From: a virus
Taxonomy: Duplodnaviria > Caudoviricetes
Virus record (IMG/VR): IMGVR_UViG_3300033067_000480
Location: 1 to 47,118 of that record
Direction: 5' to 3' (one strand)
DNA length: 47,118 nt
Positions 20,387-30,482 of the stretch are shown here, piece after piece (the first letter of the stretch is position 1; the number at the start of each line of letters is the position of its first letter). The notes under the pieces are model-generated. The model was not told where the DNA came from. It made no database searches and saw only the letters and a program-made list of their open reading frames with translations. Both the position numbers and the translations under genes were made by a program.

Positions 20387-20629
20387 TTATAGAATCTTTC
20401 TGAGTGCGTCCAAGCCGCCTACATACTCACCATTTAAGAAAATCTGTGGAACACTACGAGCCGTGGGTACAGCGTCTAGTAGTTCTTGCTTTGTAGCATT
20501 TTCGCCTAGCATTTTTACTTCGTAGGGAATACCCTTAATGTCCAGTAAGTTTTTGGCTTGATTACAGGCTAGGCAGTTCTGTTGTGACCATATTACTGCG
20601 GAGCGTGCGTTAGTTGAGTTTGTCTGCAT
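20387..20629 (-). CDS. Glutaredoxin
   Basis: CLAC, RSVPQIF and VGG. Confidence 0.9.
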   Translation of the reverse strand: MQTNSTNARSAVIWSQQNCLACNQAKNLLDIKGIPYEVKMLGENATKQELLDAVPTARSVPQIFLNGEYVGGLDALRKIL

Positions 20630-21578
20630 GGTTTTGCATTTCCTTTAGAACCTTGTCAACGGTTGGTTCTGGTAATTCTAAGATATAGGTTAAGTATTCT
20701 TTGACTTCTTGATCCAGAGACATTTCAGGGTCAAGCATCAGTGCGCTATCAGTATCACGCTTGAGTACTTTACTGGCAATTAACTCGCTGTCTTCGAGTT
20801 CTCCGAGTTCTTGCATATCGCCTTGCACTTCGTAGATGGTGTGGTCAAAGTCGGTGGCTGTTGCTGTGGCCGCGGCCTCGGCGGATATTGTCCGCTTGAG
20901 TAGCTGCGGTAGCTTGAACTTTCGCCACTCATGGGCAAGAGTATCACAATCAAGCAAGATAGCGCCAGTATCAACAGACTGTCGGTGAAAACTAGTAGTA
21001 TAAGGGCTACCAGGATACAAAATATTTCGCTGAGAATTCTCATAACTGTGTAGGTCGCCTGCTAGAACCACATTCCAGCGATTGAATAAGTCCAAGTCAA
21101 TTTCGGGTTTTACGTGTGGAGGAATCTCAGCACGGAAATGGCTGCATAAGATACGACCTTGAAAGTTCATGTTAGCATGATTCTTTTCAAAGTCTTTTAG
21201 CTTGCAGTATGGAATAATATCTAAGTCAAAGCCTACTAAGTATTCGTAGTCATCAACTACACGCACAAGTGGGTTCAGTCGGTTAGTGCTTTTCTTTAGG
21301 TAAGTAAGAAAGGTCTGAGCCTTTTTAGTAGCCTCGTGGTTACCGTCAAAGATAAGTGTGGGCTTCTTCATAGATGCAACAAAGTCAAAGTAAAGCTCTA
21401 CTTCGTCCATTGTTGGAAGTCGGTCAAATATATCGCCACCAATGATTACTAAGTCAGCGGACTCTTGCATTGCTTGAAACTGCTCGATAAATAGCTGAAA
21501 TCTGTTTTTAGCCCAATCCAATGGTACGTTTTTCTGACCTAGTTTGATATGCACGTCAGCTGTAAAAAGTATTTTCAT
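20610..21578 (-). CDS. SbcD/Mre11-like nuclease (T5 D12-like)
   Basis: ADVH, GGDIFD, GNHE, GDLH and YPGSP. Confidence 0.92.
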   Translation of the reverse strand: MKILFTADVHIKLGQKNVPLDWAKNRFQLFIEQFQAMQESADLVIIGGDIFDRLPTMDEVELYFDFVASMKKPTLIFDGNHEATKKAQTFLTYLKKSTNRLNPLVRVVDDYEYLVGFDLDIIPYCKLKDFEKNHANMNFQGRILCSHFRAEIPPHVKPEIDLDLFNRWNVVLAGDLHSYENSQRNILYPGSPYTTSFHRQSVDTGAILLDCDTLAHEWRKFKLPQLLKRTISAEAAATATATDFDHTIYEVQGDMQELGELEDSELIASKVLKRDTDSALMLDPEMSLDQEVKEYLTYILELPEPTVDKVLKEMQNHADKLN

Positions 21579-22045
21579 CAATATAAGTTATTCTGTTGTT
21601 TAAATTCTTGCACTTTACTGGCAGCCTCCTCGACTGTTTCAAAAGTTCCAAGATTATGATTTTTTCCTTGATATGTAACTCGTGCCCTATACCCACTACC
21701 ATGTACGTATACTCCCCTGTACCCAGTAGTATTATCTTTACGTACGGTAGCATTGAAATTATTTAAGGTTTGATCGACCTCTCTAAGATTATCTAACCTA
21801 TTGTCAGAACGATCTCTATTTATATGATCTATACCTTTTTCTGGCCACTCTTTAAAACAGTAGAACCAGGCTAACCTATGTGCAAGTACTGGACTACCAT
21901 CAATACATATTGTTACGTATCCGTTGCAAGTTTTACCGCCTGCAATATCTCCGGCTTTAACTGAACTTTTATTCTTACGCCAAGTAAATATACCAGTAGA
22001 TGGATCGTAATCTAAAAGCTCTTTAAGTCTGTCCCAATTTAGCAT
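21578..22045 (-). CDS. HNH homing endonuclease with AP2-like C-terminus
   Basis: AHRLAW...IDHINRDRSDNRLDNLR...GYRGV...LGTF. Confidence 0.9.
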   Translation of the reverse strand: MLNWDRLKELLDYDPSTGIFTWRKNKSSVKAGDIAGGKTCNGYVTICIDGSPVLAHRLAWFYCFKEWPEKGIDHINRDRSDNRLDNLREVDQTLNNFNATVRKDNTTGYRGVYVHGSGYRARVTYQGKNHNLGTFETVEEAASKVQEFKQQNNLY

Positions 22046-22048
22046 AAG

Positions 22049-22081
22049 AAAAAGCTCGGTAAGCTAAAAGTTTACCGAGCT
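22049..22081 (-). terminator. Intrinsic terminator
   Basis: AGCTCGGTAA stem plus U-tract. Confidence 0.75.
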
Positions 22082-22090
22082 ATGTGTTAA

Positions 22091-22732
22091 TTAACCTAGT
22101 TCTTTTACAGCCTCTGCTTCAGCATCATCTGCCTCTGTCTCGTCCGTATTAGTAGTAATTTTTTCTAACAATGCCAAGACTTCTGCTTCAGTAGGTCTTG
22201 GGTACTTTTCGTCAATAGACTTGGCCGCTAAAGCAACCGAACGCTCAGCTTCCGTAAGTGCACGTTTTTTACACTTCAGAGGCTTCAAGTCGTAGCTAAT
22301 GTTAAATGCCAGTGGGCCGGTTTTTGTACGGTTGAATACAATGTCGAAACCCTCGTCAAAGTCAGTAGGATCAAGTCCCAAGTCTTCTGCGGTTGATACA
22401 ATCTGCTCGAATAGTTTCTTTTTAAGGTTTAGAGCTTTAACTTTGCCGTCTTTAGGGTCAATGCAGTTAACTGTGTAGCTCCATGAACACTTCAGGTCTG
22501 GAAAGAAAGCTGGAACGTGATCTTTTTCCACGTTATCAAACTTTTCTTTATCACGGCTAAAAGCCAAGCACTCAACTGGAATATCCTTGTTGTTTGCGCC
22601 CTTCAGCCAGTAAATGTATCGAGGAAGAACTCCGCCTACCAGTCGAACGGTGTTTTCACCGTCTTTGTATTCGTAAGCCTCGACTTTGTTTGATTGTGCT
22701 TTGCCTTTTGTGTTTTTGAATGAAATTGCCAT
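22091..22732 (-). CDS. ssDNA-binding protein (T5 D11-like)
   Basis: Acidic C-terminal tail; T5 synteny. Confidence 0.7.
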   Translation of the reverse strand: MAISFKNTKGKAQSNKVEAYEYKDGENTVRLVGGVLPRYIYWLKGANNKDIPVECLAFSRDKEKFDNVEKDHVPAFFPDLKCSWSYTVNCIDPKDGKVKALNLKKKLFEQIVSTAEDLGLDPTDFDEGFDIVFNRTKTGPLAFNISYDLKPLKCKKRALTEAERSVALAAKSIDEKYPRPTEAEVLALLEKITTNTDETEADDAEAEAVKELG

Positions 22733-22734
22733 TT

Positions 22735-23112
22735 TTAGTTGCTTTCGTATTTGAAATATATTTTGTTTTGTTTTATGTCGAGCAGTGGGTTATGTTTGAT
22801 CGCGTCTAAATCAATATCCTTGTAATAACTTAAATCTAAATAGGTTACTTTATAAAGTTTGTATAAGCTATAGTCACGCCTTCCTGCTAATCTAATATAC
22901 TGCGCTTTATGTGCAATATCTGATGTGTCTGAGAAAAGTGAGTGGGCATCAAGTAAAAAGCTGTGACCCGCTAGGTTTCGATAATTAAGTCTATCGCGGT
23001 TGTTTTTCGGTATTAGCTTTTTGCCAAAATGTCTCTCAAGCATTGATAACATTAATTTAGGTTCACACTCTGATTCTGCTTCCAATAACTCTAGGTTGAA
23101 AAATAAAGCCAT
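22735..23112 (-). CDS. Conserved T5-like hypothetical protein
   Basis: Intact ORF behind its own promoter. Confidence 0.7.
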   Translation of the reverse strand: MALFFNLELLEAESECEPKLMLSMLERHFGKKLIPKNNRDRLNYRNLAGHSFLLDAHSLFSDTSDIAHKAQYIRLAGRRDYSLYKLYKVTYLDLSYYKDIDLDAIKHNPLLDIKQNKIYFKYESN

Positions 23113-23131
23113 TTTGTTGAACTCAGACTAT

Positions 23132-23160
23132 ATTATACCATAGTGACCAAGATCTGACAA
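23132..23160 (-). promoter_or_regulatory. sigma70 promoter
   Basis: TTGTCA-N17-TATAAT. Confidence 0.7.
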
Positions 23161-23171
23161 GTGTAAATTTG

Positions 23172-24467
23172 TCATACCGTTATGATCTGCCATCCCTTGC
23201 GTAAGTAAAGCGCAAGACGATCGTTGTTTTGCTTTTTATCTGCGTAGCCAGCAAAGTTAATGTCCACTACTAGTGGAGCTAGTTTACCGTCATGTAATCG
23301 CTGTACGCGACCCACAACCTGCTCTAGTAAACTATCGTTGCTCATTGGCACTGCGAGGATAACGCAGGATAAGCTGTTAATAGAAATGCCTTCTGAGAAG
23401 ATTTGCCGTGAGCCTGCAACGGCTTTTTTCTCTCCACTGAGGATTTGTTCCTTGACAAGTTTTCGTTCTTCGAATTCTGTGTCGCCTGTAACAAGAGCGC
23501 AATCTTCACCAATGTATTCCTTTACTACCTGTAAAAATTCAACACGGTCAGCCAAGATTAGTACTTGGTGACCCTCGCTAATATGCATACGTGCTATATC
23601 AGCGATAAAATGTCGGTACTTTTCTGACTCGCATAAGTCAGTGATTTTATCTACCCAAGTGGCACCTGGCTTTAGGGTAATCCCCGATTTAACTATGTGT
23701 ACTGTGGGGTTTAGTGTATGTGACTGTGGTGGTTTGTAAACAACCGGCCCAAAGTAGTCGCGAAATAAGATGTGCTTGCCATCCTTGCGGATCATAGTAC
23801 CACTAAGGGCAATACGATAGCGGGCATGGAATTGATCCACTGTTTGTGCAAATGTAGTGGCAGGGCAGTGGTGGGCTTCGTCCAGGATAATAGTCCCAAA
23901 CTCCTTAGCAAGCTCCGGTGCAACTTTGGATAAGGTTTGTATATTGGCCACTGTTATAAAGTGGTCAGTGTGGTCAACTCGTCCACCACCAATAACTCCG
24001 GGCTTGTGCCCGAATAGGACTTCGACTTCTTCACACCACTGGTCGCGTAGTGCGGCCGTATGTGTAATAACCAGCGTCTTCTGTCCGAATTTATGAGCGA
24101 GGTGTAAAGCCGTGAAAGTCTTTCCCCATCCCACAAGGGCGTTGATGAAACAAGTATCGTCGATTGGGTCATATACTACCTGCTGCTCTGGTCTTAGCCC
24201 AAATTTAGGGTCGGGAAATGGTATGTGCTCTACTATACGCTTATCTATGATTTCGTAGTCTTCAGGCACCAAGTCTAGCCGACCTTGTGGGATTGACAGA
24301 ATACCTTTGGGCAGCACCTTATAATTCTTGATAGTTTCTACTGTAGCAAACTGCTTGCTTCCAGTATCTTTCTTAATTTTATAGGTAAGTTCTTTGATAA
24401 TGTGCTTGGTGTGTTCTACACCAGGATTATCCATGTAAATGCGGTTTGATATTACTGCTTTAGGCAT
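23172..24467 (-). CDS. SF2 DEAH helicase (T5 D10-like)
   Basis: GWGKT, DEAH, SGT and QVVGRVQR. Confidence 0.92.
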   Translation of the reverse strand: MPKAVISNRIYMDNPGVEHTKHIIKELTYKIKKDTGSKQFATVETIKNYKVLPKGILSIPQGRLDLVPEDYEIIDKRIVEHIPFPDPKFGLRPEQQVVYDPIDDTCFINALVGWGKTFTALHLAHKFGQKTLVITHTAALRDQWCEEVEVLFGHKPGVIGGGRVDHTDHFITVANIQTLSKVAPELAKEFGTIILDEAHHCPATTFAQTVDQFHARYRIALSGTMIRKDGKHILFRDYFGPVVYKPPQSHTLNPTVHIVKSGITLKPGATWVDKITDLCESEKYRHFIADIARMHISEGHQVLILADRVEFLQVVKEYIGEDCALVTGDTEFEERKLVKEQILSGEKKAVAGSRQIFSEGISINSLSCVILAVPMSNDSLLEQVVGRVQRLHDGKLAPLVVDINFAGYADKKQNNDRLALYLRKGWQIITV

Positions 24468-24578
24468 CTTCAACTCCAAAACAGTTGTTTAACAAAACTA
24501 AAAATAAGCATAAACATTGTAAAGTAAGCGGCCGCGCCTACCATTAACAACCACCTAATAGCCCATACTCCTGCTTTT

Positions 24579-24836
24579 TCACCCTCTGTCATCTGATAGC
24601 CTAAAAGTTTCACGAATATCGTCACGAATTTCTTTAAGTGCATCGTACGTCCACTCACAAGCTAGCTCACCTGAAGCACTATTACCAACAGGAATACGAT
24701 AAGTTTCGATTTTGTCAATACATTCTTGTACAACCATCTTTGCGAAATCGTTAGCGGCATCTTGCCAGTTCATTGGAGAATTGTGGTGTTTCATTACACA
24801 AATTCCCCACATTTCGTATAGATCTGGTTTTTTCAT
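24579..24836 (-). CDS. Hypothetical protein
   Basis: GGAG SD before MKKPDL. Confidence 0.6.
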   Translation of the reverse strand: MKKPDLYEMWGICVMKHHNSPMNWQDAANDFAKMVVQECIDKIETYRIPVGNSASGELACEWTYDALKEIRDDIRETFRLSDDRG

Positions 24837-25357
24837 ACTAATCTCCAACTATCCGGCTTAATTTCTTCACAAAAGCCATAAAATAAAAATCCCATACCTA
24901 GTCGTAATACCTGTGCATAGTGTTCGTGCTCGCCGGGTCTACGCATGGCCTTAAAGCGGCTTGGTATACCTTCCAGCTCAAACACACACCCAAGCCCCTC
25001 CGCAGGTAAAACATTTTTTATCTGCCGTGTTGTCAGTTTGGCGCGAGTATTTTTTTCGTACTGGAATACTCGTCCGCTACTATCAATAAACCAAGTTGTT
25101 GACCGGCCCAACTTTATAAGATCTGCTAGGAAGTAAATTGCTGTGCGTATAGGAAACAAGCTAACTCCAGCAGATTTTAGTGCAAGCCTACGTAGCCCCA
25201 ATGTTTTCTGCGGATAGCTACGATCATCTACTACACGCAGTGTAACTGTTTCGGTATTATTTTGGTCTACGTAGTGAGTGTGGTAAAAGACCAACTCAGA
25301 GTCCTGAGTTGGTTGCTTATCACCCAGCCTGAATACGGGCCAGACTATCTCCTGCAA
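24833..25357 (-). CDS. Conserved T5-like hypothetical protein downstream of the polymerase
   Basis: Long ORF; start uncertain (TTG 25357 or ACG 25363), overlapping the polymerase 3' end. Confidence 0.65.
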   Translation of the reverse strand: MQEIVWPVFRLGDKQPTQDSELVFYHTHYVDQNNTETVTLRVVDDRSYPQKTLGLRRLALKSAGVSLFPIRTAIYFLADLIKLGRSTTWFIDSSGRVFQYEKNTRAKLTTRQIKNVLPAEGLGCVFELEGIPSRFKAMRRPGEHEHYAQVLRLGMGFLFYGFCEEIKPDSWRLV

Positions 25358-27614
25358 ACTCGTAAGTTTTCTTGAATTTTCCAAAGCTGTAGTCGTCTCC
25401 GATTTCTTGGTCAACTCCAATGGGTGTGCCAGGAATCTCGCAACCCCACTGGTGTTGTGTATTACGTTGTAGGATCTCGCAGTAAGCATCTACTTGATCT
25501 TCACGAACCAGAGCAACAATCGAGTCATGCACTAGCATAAAGATGTTGGCGTCTAGCCCTTTTTCGCGAATCTCATTTGCTGTTCGCATAGCTCCAAGTA
25601 AGTTAACATCACTGGCGAGACTTTGTACTTCGGCGTTAATTCCACTACGGACTTCGTGAGCTGCAATGCCTTTATCTGAGCTAAAGACATTAGGTAGTCT
25701 GCGTTTCCGACCAAAGAATGAGTAAGTGTAACCATTAGTTTCGATGAATTTCTTGCGATCATCAAGCCATTTCTTTAGCTTGCTGAATTTACTAAAATAT
25801 TGTTTAATATCCTCACGGGCCTGCTCCACTGGATAAGATTCACCCGGTGGTAGATCTTTACTAACAGTCGCAGCCACTTTATTAGCACCACTACCGTACA
25901 GAATACCGAATGAAATAGCTTTAGCACTCTGACGCATTGGGCCATATAGCCGCTTAACATCCTCAACTGCACAAGGCAGTGAGAACACCATTTTAGCAAT
26001 CGTCGAGTGGAAGTCACCACCACTAGAGAACACTTCTTGTAGATTCTTATCACCACTCAGCACAGCCGCATAGTACATTTCGGCTGTGGTCAAGTCTTGC
26101 GATACAATTTTATATCCTGCTGGAGCTTCGATACAACCTTTGATAATAGGGTCATCCCGAGGTATTTGCTGAGCATTGAACTTGCCACTACTAGACAAGC
26201 GACCGCTAGTAGTAAAGATAAGATTAAAATTCGTACGAATACGACCATCGCGGTCAATTTCCGGTAGAATCTTTGAAATATAAGTGTTTTGAATCTTGCC
26301 AAGTTGTCGTACCTTTAAGATAGCGGCCGGTAGTGGATGTTCTTCACTTAGTTGTTCCAGAACTTCTGCATCGGTAGAAATAGCACCTGTGGCAGTTTTC
26401 TTACCAGTTGGGTTAAGTCCTAGATAGTCAAAAAGCACAACACGAAGCTGCATCACACTGTTAGGATTAAAGATTTTGCCAGTGTCTTTTTCATACTGCT
26501 TAACAGCATCGAAGCTGTACACTACCTTTTTAGCGGCTTCAATTTCATAATCCAAGTACTTGGATGCAGCAGCCATGCGCTCGGTACTCATAGGAATACC
26601 GACTTCTTCCATATCCATTAGGAACAGGGTACCTGGGATCAGGATTTCTTCATAGACTTTGCGTAGCTTGGCGTTTTGTTGAACAATAGGCCAGAACTTG
26701 TGGAAAAGGTCGAATGTAACGGCTGTATCAATCGAAGCGTAACGACTAATAACATCGAACGGAATAAGGTCGTAAGTGAAGTCATCTTGTAGGATACCGT
26801 GCTGTGCACAGTATGCTTTTTTGTAGTCATCTAGCTCACTATCGTAGTCACCGTAGTTGGTGTACTTTAGGGCCAGAGGCTTTAAGCCGTGTGAGTCAGT
26901 TTCGTCTAGCACATAGTGCATAACCATTGTGTCATGCACACGATCACGCGGGAAAGTGATATCAAGATGGTATTGAATCATCTTGTAGTCAAACTTCATA
27001 TTGTGAAACACAGTATAGAAGTCTTTAGCTATTTTACGCATTAGGTCAAGGCAAACATCGTCTAGGCAATCTGTTAGGATATAGCGACCATGATTGCTCT
27101 TATAACTCATGGACACACCCAGCACGTAACCGTCACGAGGGTAAAGACACGTTGTTTCCGTATCCCATGCAACATAGCCCTGAGCATTGTCTAGCACTTC
27201 ACGTAGGAAGCGTTTGGCTTCCGCAGTATCGTCGATACCTTTAAAATCACCTTGCACAGTGGTTTTAAGATCGCCTTTAATGTACTTGTGAATACGATCA
27301 ACTGCTCGCTGAAAGTCTGGTTTACCTTCTGGCTTAAACGCAAGCATGGCTGGGTTAGAGATAGCAATGAACTTGTCATCTACTAGCTGGCCAGCCATAT
27401 TTGTAACCGAGGTAATCTTTGCGTACTCTTTGGCGGCTTCTGCACCTACCAGGATAACAAAGTCGTACTCGGTTAAGTCAACTTCTAAGTCAACATCTTT
27501 TTTCAGCAATTTAGCAATCGGCACTGAACTCATATGGTAGTGATCAAATTCGAACTCAAAGTAATCACTATAGCGAGTACGATTCGGTGCTTTATCAATA
27601 ACTGCAATTTTCAT
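25320..27614 (-). CDS. polA: Family A DNA polymerase with 3'-5' exonuclease
   Basis: DTET, HNMKFD, SGRLSS, motif A DLTTAE, motif B RQSAKAISFGILYG and motif C VHDS. Confidence 0.96.
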   Translation of the reverse strand: MKIAVIDKAPNRTRYSDYFEFEFDHYHMSSVPIAKLLKKDVDLEVDLTEYDFVILVGAEAAKEYAKITSVTNMAGQLVDDKFIAISNPAMLAFKPEGKPDFQRAVDRIHKYIKGDLKTTVQGDFKGIDDTAEAKRFLREVLDNAQGYVAWDTETTCLYPRDGYVLGVSMSYKSNHGRYILTDCLDDVCLDLMRKIAKDFYTVFHNMKFDYKMIQYHLDITFPRDRVHDTMVMHYVLDETDSHGLKPLALKYTNYGDYDSELDDYKKAYCAQHGILQDDFTYDLIPFDVISRYASIDTAVTFDLFHKFWPIVQQNAKLRKVYEEILIPGTLFLMDMEEVGIPMSTERMAAASKYLDYEIEAAKKVVYSFDAVKQYEKDTGKIFNPNSVMQLRVVLFDYLGLNPTGKKTATGAISTDAEVLEQLSEEHPLPAAILKVRQLGKIQNTYISKILPEIDRDGRIRTNFNLIFTTSGRLSSSGKFNAQQIPRDDPIIKGCIEAPAGYKIVSQDLTTAEMYYAAVLSGDKNLQEVFSSGGDFHSTIAKMVFSLPCAVEDVKRLYGPMRQSAKAISFGILYGSGANKVAATVSKDLPPGESYPVEQAREDIKQYFSKFSKLKKWLDDRKKFIETNGYTYSFFGRKRRLPNVFSSDKGIAAHEVRSGINAEVQSLASDVNLLGAMRTANEIREKGLDANIFMLVHDSIVALVREDQVDAYCEILQRNTQHQWGCEIPGTPIGVDQEIGDDYSFGKFKKTYEFAGDSLARIQAG

Positions 27615-27636
27615 TTATAATTCCTTGTGATACTTT

Positions 27637-27665
27637 ATTATAGCGTATCTGGGCTAATATTTCAA
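27637..27665 (-). promoter_or_regulatory. sigma70 promoter
   Basis: TTGAAA-N17-TATAAT. Confidence 0.7.
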
Positions 27666-27667
27666 GT

Positions 27668-28522
27668 TTATTTATTTACGTATTCTGCGATACTACGTAC
27701 GTTTTCAGCATCTAGTTCACCTGGGTCTGTACCGTCTGGTAGGTCAACTATTTCTGTGATAAAGCCTTCGGCCTCTAGTAGCGGCTTTAGGGTCTTTGCG
27801 GCACTACGACCTGCGTCGTCACCGTCAAACAGCAAGTAGATATGTGTAATGCCTTGTGCTCGAAATGGCAACAGCTTTTGCTTTGTGTCATTTTGTAGGG
27901 TATTAGTACCAAATGCACAAACAACGTTTTCGCAACCGTTGTCATACAAGTTTAGCATATCAAATAGTCCCTCAACAATTACCATACTGGAATAACCACT
28001 AGGTAAGTGCGCTGGATAAAGCGGAATCTTTACGCCACTGGGGTAGTTTAGGTATCTTGGATTACCTTGCGACATTGTATGACGACCCACAAATACAACC
28101 GTCTTCTGAGTAATATCTTTAATAGGAAAGATAATACGATCTTGTAGCTTTTCTACTTGATTTGTATAGAAAGCACCAAAATGTTTGAGCGTTGCCGGAC
28201 TAACTCCACGAAAGGTTTTAGTCCATGGTGTATAGCCATTTGGTAGCTCCAGTTCTTGTCCAAACTTTTTGAGCACTTCTAGCTTTTCTTTAAGAGCCGC
28301 AATCTTCATTGGTACAGGATTAGTAAAAACCCCGTAATATTTAAAAAGATTGGTTTTAAAACCACAGGCAAAGCAGTGCGCTACGCCACTAACCTTGTCA
28401 ACACGAAAGCTAGGATTACTATCTGGATGTTCTGGATTTAAGCATTTAATTAAGTAGTCGCGCCCACTTACTTGGAACGCCAAATTATTTTTATTTATTA
28501 GTTCTAGTACTGGGTCTGACAT
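27668..28522 (-). CDS. DNA primase (Zn finger + TOPRIM)
   Basis: C..PEHPDSNPS...HCFACG; VEGLFD; FDGDDAG. Confidence 0.92.
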   Translation of the reverse strand: MSDPVLELINKNNLAFQVSGRDYLIKCLNPEHPDSNPSFRVDKVSGVAHCFACGFKTNLFKYYGVFTNPVPMKIAALKEKLEVLKKFGQELELPNGYTPWTKTFRGVSPATLKHFGAFYTNQVEKLQDRIIFPIKDITQKTVVFVGRHTMSQGNPRYLNYPSGVKIPLYPAHLPSGYSSMVIVEGLFDMLNLYDNGCENVVCAFGTNTLQNDTKQKLLPFRAQGITHIYLLFDGDDAGRSAAKTLKPLLEAEGFITEIVDLPDGTDPGELDAENVRSIAEYVNK

Positions 28523-28523
28523 A

Positions 28524-28715
28524 TTAATCTCGTATTTTGTAGAAGTTTTTGCAAGCCAACCAGCCATTTTGAAATGCCAGTAGAGCTGCATATGCGTCTT
28601 CTGTTTTTGACTTACCTGGGTCTAGGCGATCGTGGTACTTGAACCAAAAATCGGCACTAATCATGGCCATATCGGCTTCGCCTAGTATTTCCCATAATTC
28701 TTCTGTTGTAAACAT
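28524..28715 (-). CDS. Hypothetical protein
   Basis: Short ORF coupled to the helicase stop. Confidence 0.55.
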   Translation of the reverse strand: MFTTEELWEILGEADMAMISADFWFKYHDRLDPGKSKTEDAYAALLAFQNGWLACKNFYKIRD

Positions 28716-30109
28716 TAAGCGTTCCAAGGAAGATCTGCACCGTCGTCTTTAACGGCTACCACTTCCTCTTGTTGTGAGTTCTTTTTTACTTTTTTAACCG
28801 CTTCTTTAGCAGCAGGCTTGTCCACACTTTGTGGCGAAATACGTAATGTGTCCCAGTCAATCGGGCATGTAAACGCCATTTCTTTGCCGCCACGTATTTT
28901 GGTTGTTTCAAAAGAGACTGCGTTAGTCTCTTTATCATGTGCTTCCATAGTAAGGGCAATATCCGCTGCGTCCAAGATACCTTTTGCGAAACGAGCTTCT
29001 CCGTCTTTGTCGATTTGATATGGCGACACCATAACAATCTCGTACTTACGGGCAAGGTTTTTGAGCTTTTTAGAGACTTCGATCTGTGGTTTCCAATCAT
29101 ACTGGTCACTTCCTTCTAGCACAATTTGGTTCAAGTAATCCACTACCGCAACTTTTAGCTTATCGCCAAACTTTGCCTTGGCTTTGCCAATATGCAAGTC
29201 GATGCTACTTAGGGTCAAGTCACGGTCGTCAACAATAATCATCTGATTATCAGCCTTTAATTGAAAGTTACGCACTAGCATTTCTTCAAACTTGAAACGG
29301 TCACGGTGACGCAAGAACTCTTGCACCGTTTCATCAGCATCTTGAAACATACCGGCACGAGCCTTAACTACTTGCAAGACTTCTTCGTCAGTCAGCTTAT
29401 GTTGCTTGAGATTCTGGAGATTGACATTAGCTAAAATAGCTAAATTACGCTCCATAGTCTCTTTTGCAGTCATCTCAATACTGAAGTAAATACAGCTATT
29501 GCCGGATTCATACTGGTTAACAAAGAGGTTACTACAACTAATGGACTTACCGGATCCCCGCTTTCCTCCGATAAGGATAAGCTCCTGTCTAGCAACACCA
29601 CCAAGCACAGCATCAAAACTGTTATTAAGGCCAAGGTAAACACGTTCTTTCTCCAAATCTTCTGGGTGGCTGAACATCATCATGTCCGCCATGGTGAACA
29701 CCTTTTCAGATGTATGTGTTTTTTCCTCAATAGTAAGTGCTATTGAGGAAAGGTTTTCTTTAATTTCGTTCGTATCATAAAGCGGTAGCTTGTCTACGAA
29801 TTTATCTAATAACTTTACCGTTTCATTCTGAGTGTACTGGTCGATTAAGGCATCGAGAGCAACTTCTGCTGAAACGTCAGGCACCTCGGTTAACCGGAGA
29901 GTTGCCAATGTCTTAGACGCTGGACCCTCCCTCAAGGTTAGCTCAAGATCGTCAAATGACGGCATAGCGCTGTACTTGTCGTAGTACTTATTAATTACGC
30001 TATAAAGGGAGGAGTACGCAGGGTCTAAGAATACCAACTTGAGCTTAGCCCAGATATCTAGGTTACGCTCTGTTAATAATTTGTTTAAGACTACTGCACT
30101 AGTATCCAA
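28715..30109 (-). CDS. Replicative DnaB-like helicase (T5 D6-like)
   Basis: GKRGSGKS, FSIEM, VVDYL and K.RGG. Confidence 0.9.
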   Translation of the reverse strand: MDTSAVVLNKLLTERNLDIWAKLKLVFLDPAYSSLYSVINKYYDKYSAMPSFDDLELTLREGPASKTLATLRLTEVPDVSAEVALDALIDQYTQNETVKLLDKFVDKLPLYDTNEIKENLSSIALTIEEKTHTSEKVFTMADMMMFSHPEDLEKERVYLGLNNSFDAVLGGVARQELILIGGKRGSGKSISCSNLFVNQYESGNSCIYFSIEMTAKETMERNLAILANVNLQNLKQHKLTDEEVLQVVKARAGMFQDADETVQEFLRHRDRFKFEEMLVRNFQLKADNQMIIVDDRDLTLSSIDLHIGKAKAKFGDKLKVAVVDYLNQIVLEGSDQYDWKPQIEVSKKLKNLARKYEIVMVSPYQIDKDGEARFAKGILDAADIALTMEAHDKETNAVSFETTKIRGGKEMAFTCPIDWDTLRISPQSVDKPAAKEAVKKVKKNSQQEEVVAVKDDGADLPWNA

Positions 30110-30111
30110 GA

Positions 30112-30411
30112 TTACCCTACTTTCGATTCATTGTCAATAATTACTTGGTCAACGATTTCAGTAATCTTGTACATTACCTCGTCGCGTAGTTTTTTAATGT
30201 CTTGTTGATATGCTGCACCACTATCATACAGCAAACTCAGTTGTTCGTGAGTTATCAACTGCTGTAGTCCAAAATAGATGTGGTCGTAAGCCATAGTAGA
30301 TTCTGGTGTGATTTCTACTTGTGCGGCTTTTCCATAATTATGCACAGCCTGTTTAACGACTTCTTCCATCGTAAAAGACTCGTTGTCATGGTATGTAATG
30401 GTTACTTTCAT
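30112..30411 (-). CDS. Hypothetical protein
   Basis: AGGAGG SD. Confidence 0.7.
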   Translation of the reverse strand: MKVTITYHDNESFTMEEVVKQAVHNYGKAAQVEITPESTMAYDHIYFGLQQLITHEQLSLLYDSGAAYQQDIKKLRDEVMYKITEIVDQVIIDNESKVG

Positions 30412-30432
30412 ACTATGAACCTCCTGAAACAG

Positions 30433-30466
30433 AAAAAGCCCGGGAGCTTTATGGAACTCCCGGGCT
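30433..30466 (-). terminator. Intrinsic terminator
   Basis: AGCCCGGGAG stem plus U-tract. Confidence 0.8.
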
Positions 30467-30482
30467 ATTGGTTTAAACCAAA

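Noticed and set aside
14399-30109. Inteins or introns in RNR, polymerase or helicase
   Set aside because: Protein lengths are normal, motifs are contiguous and no splice motifs were seen
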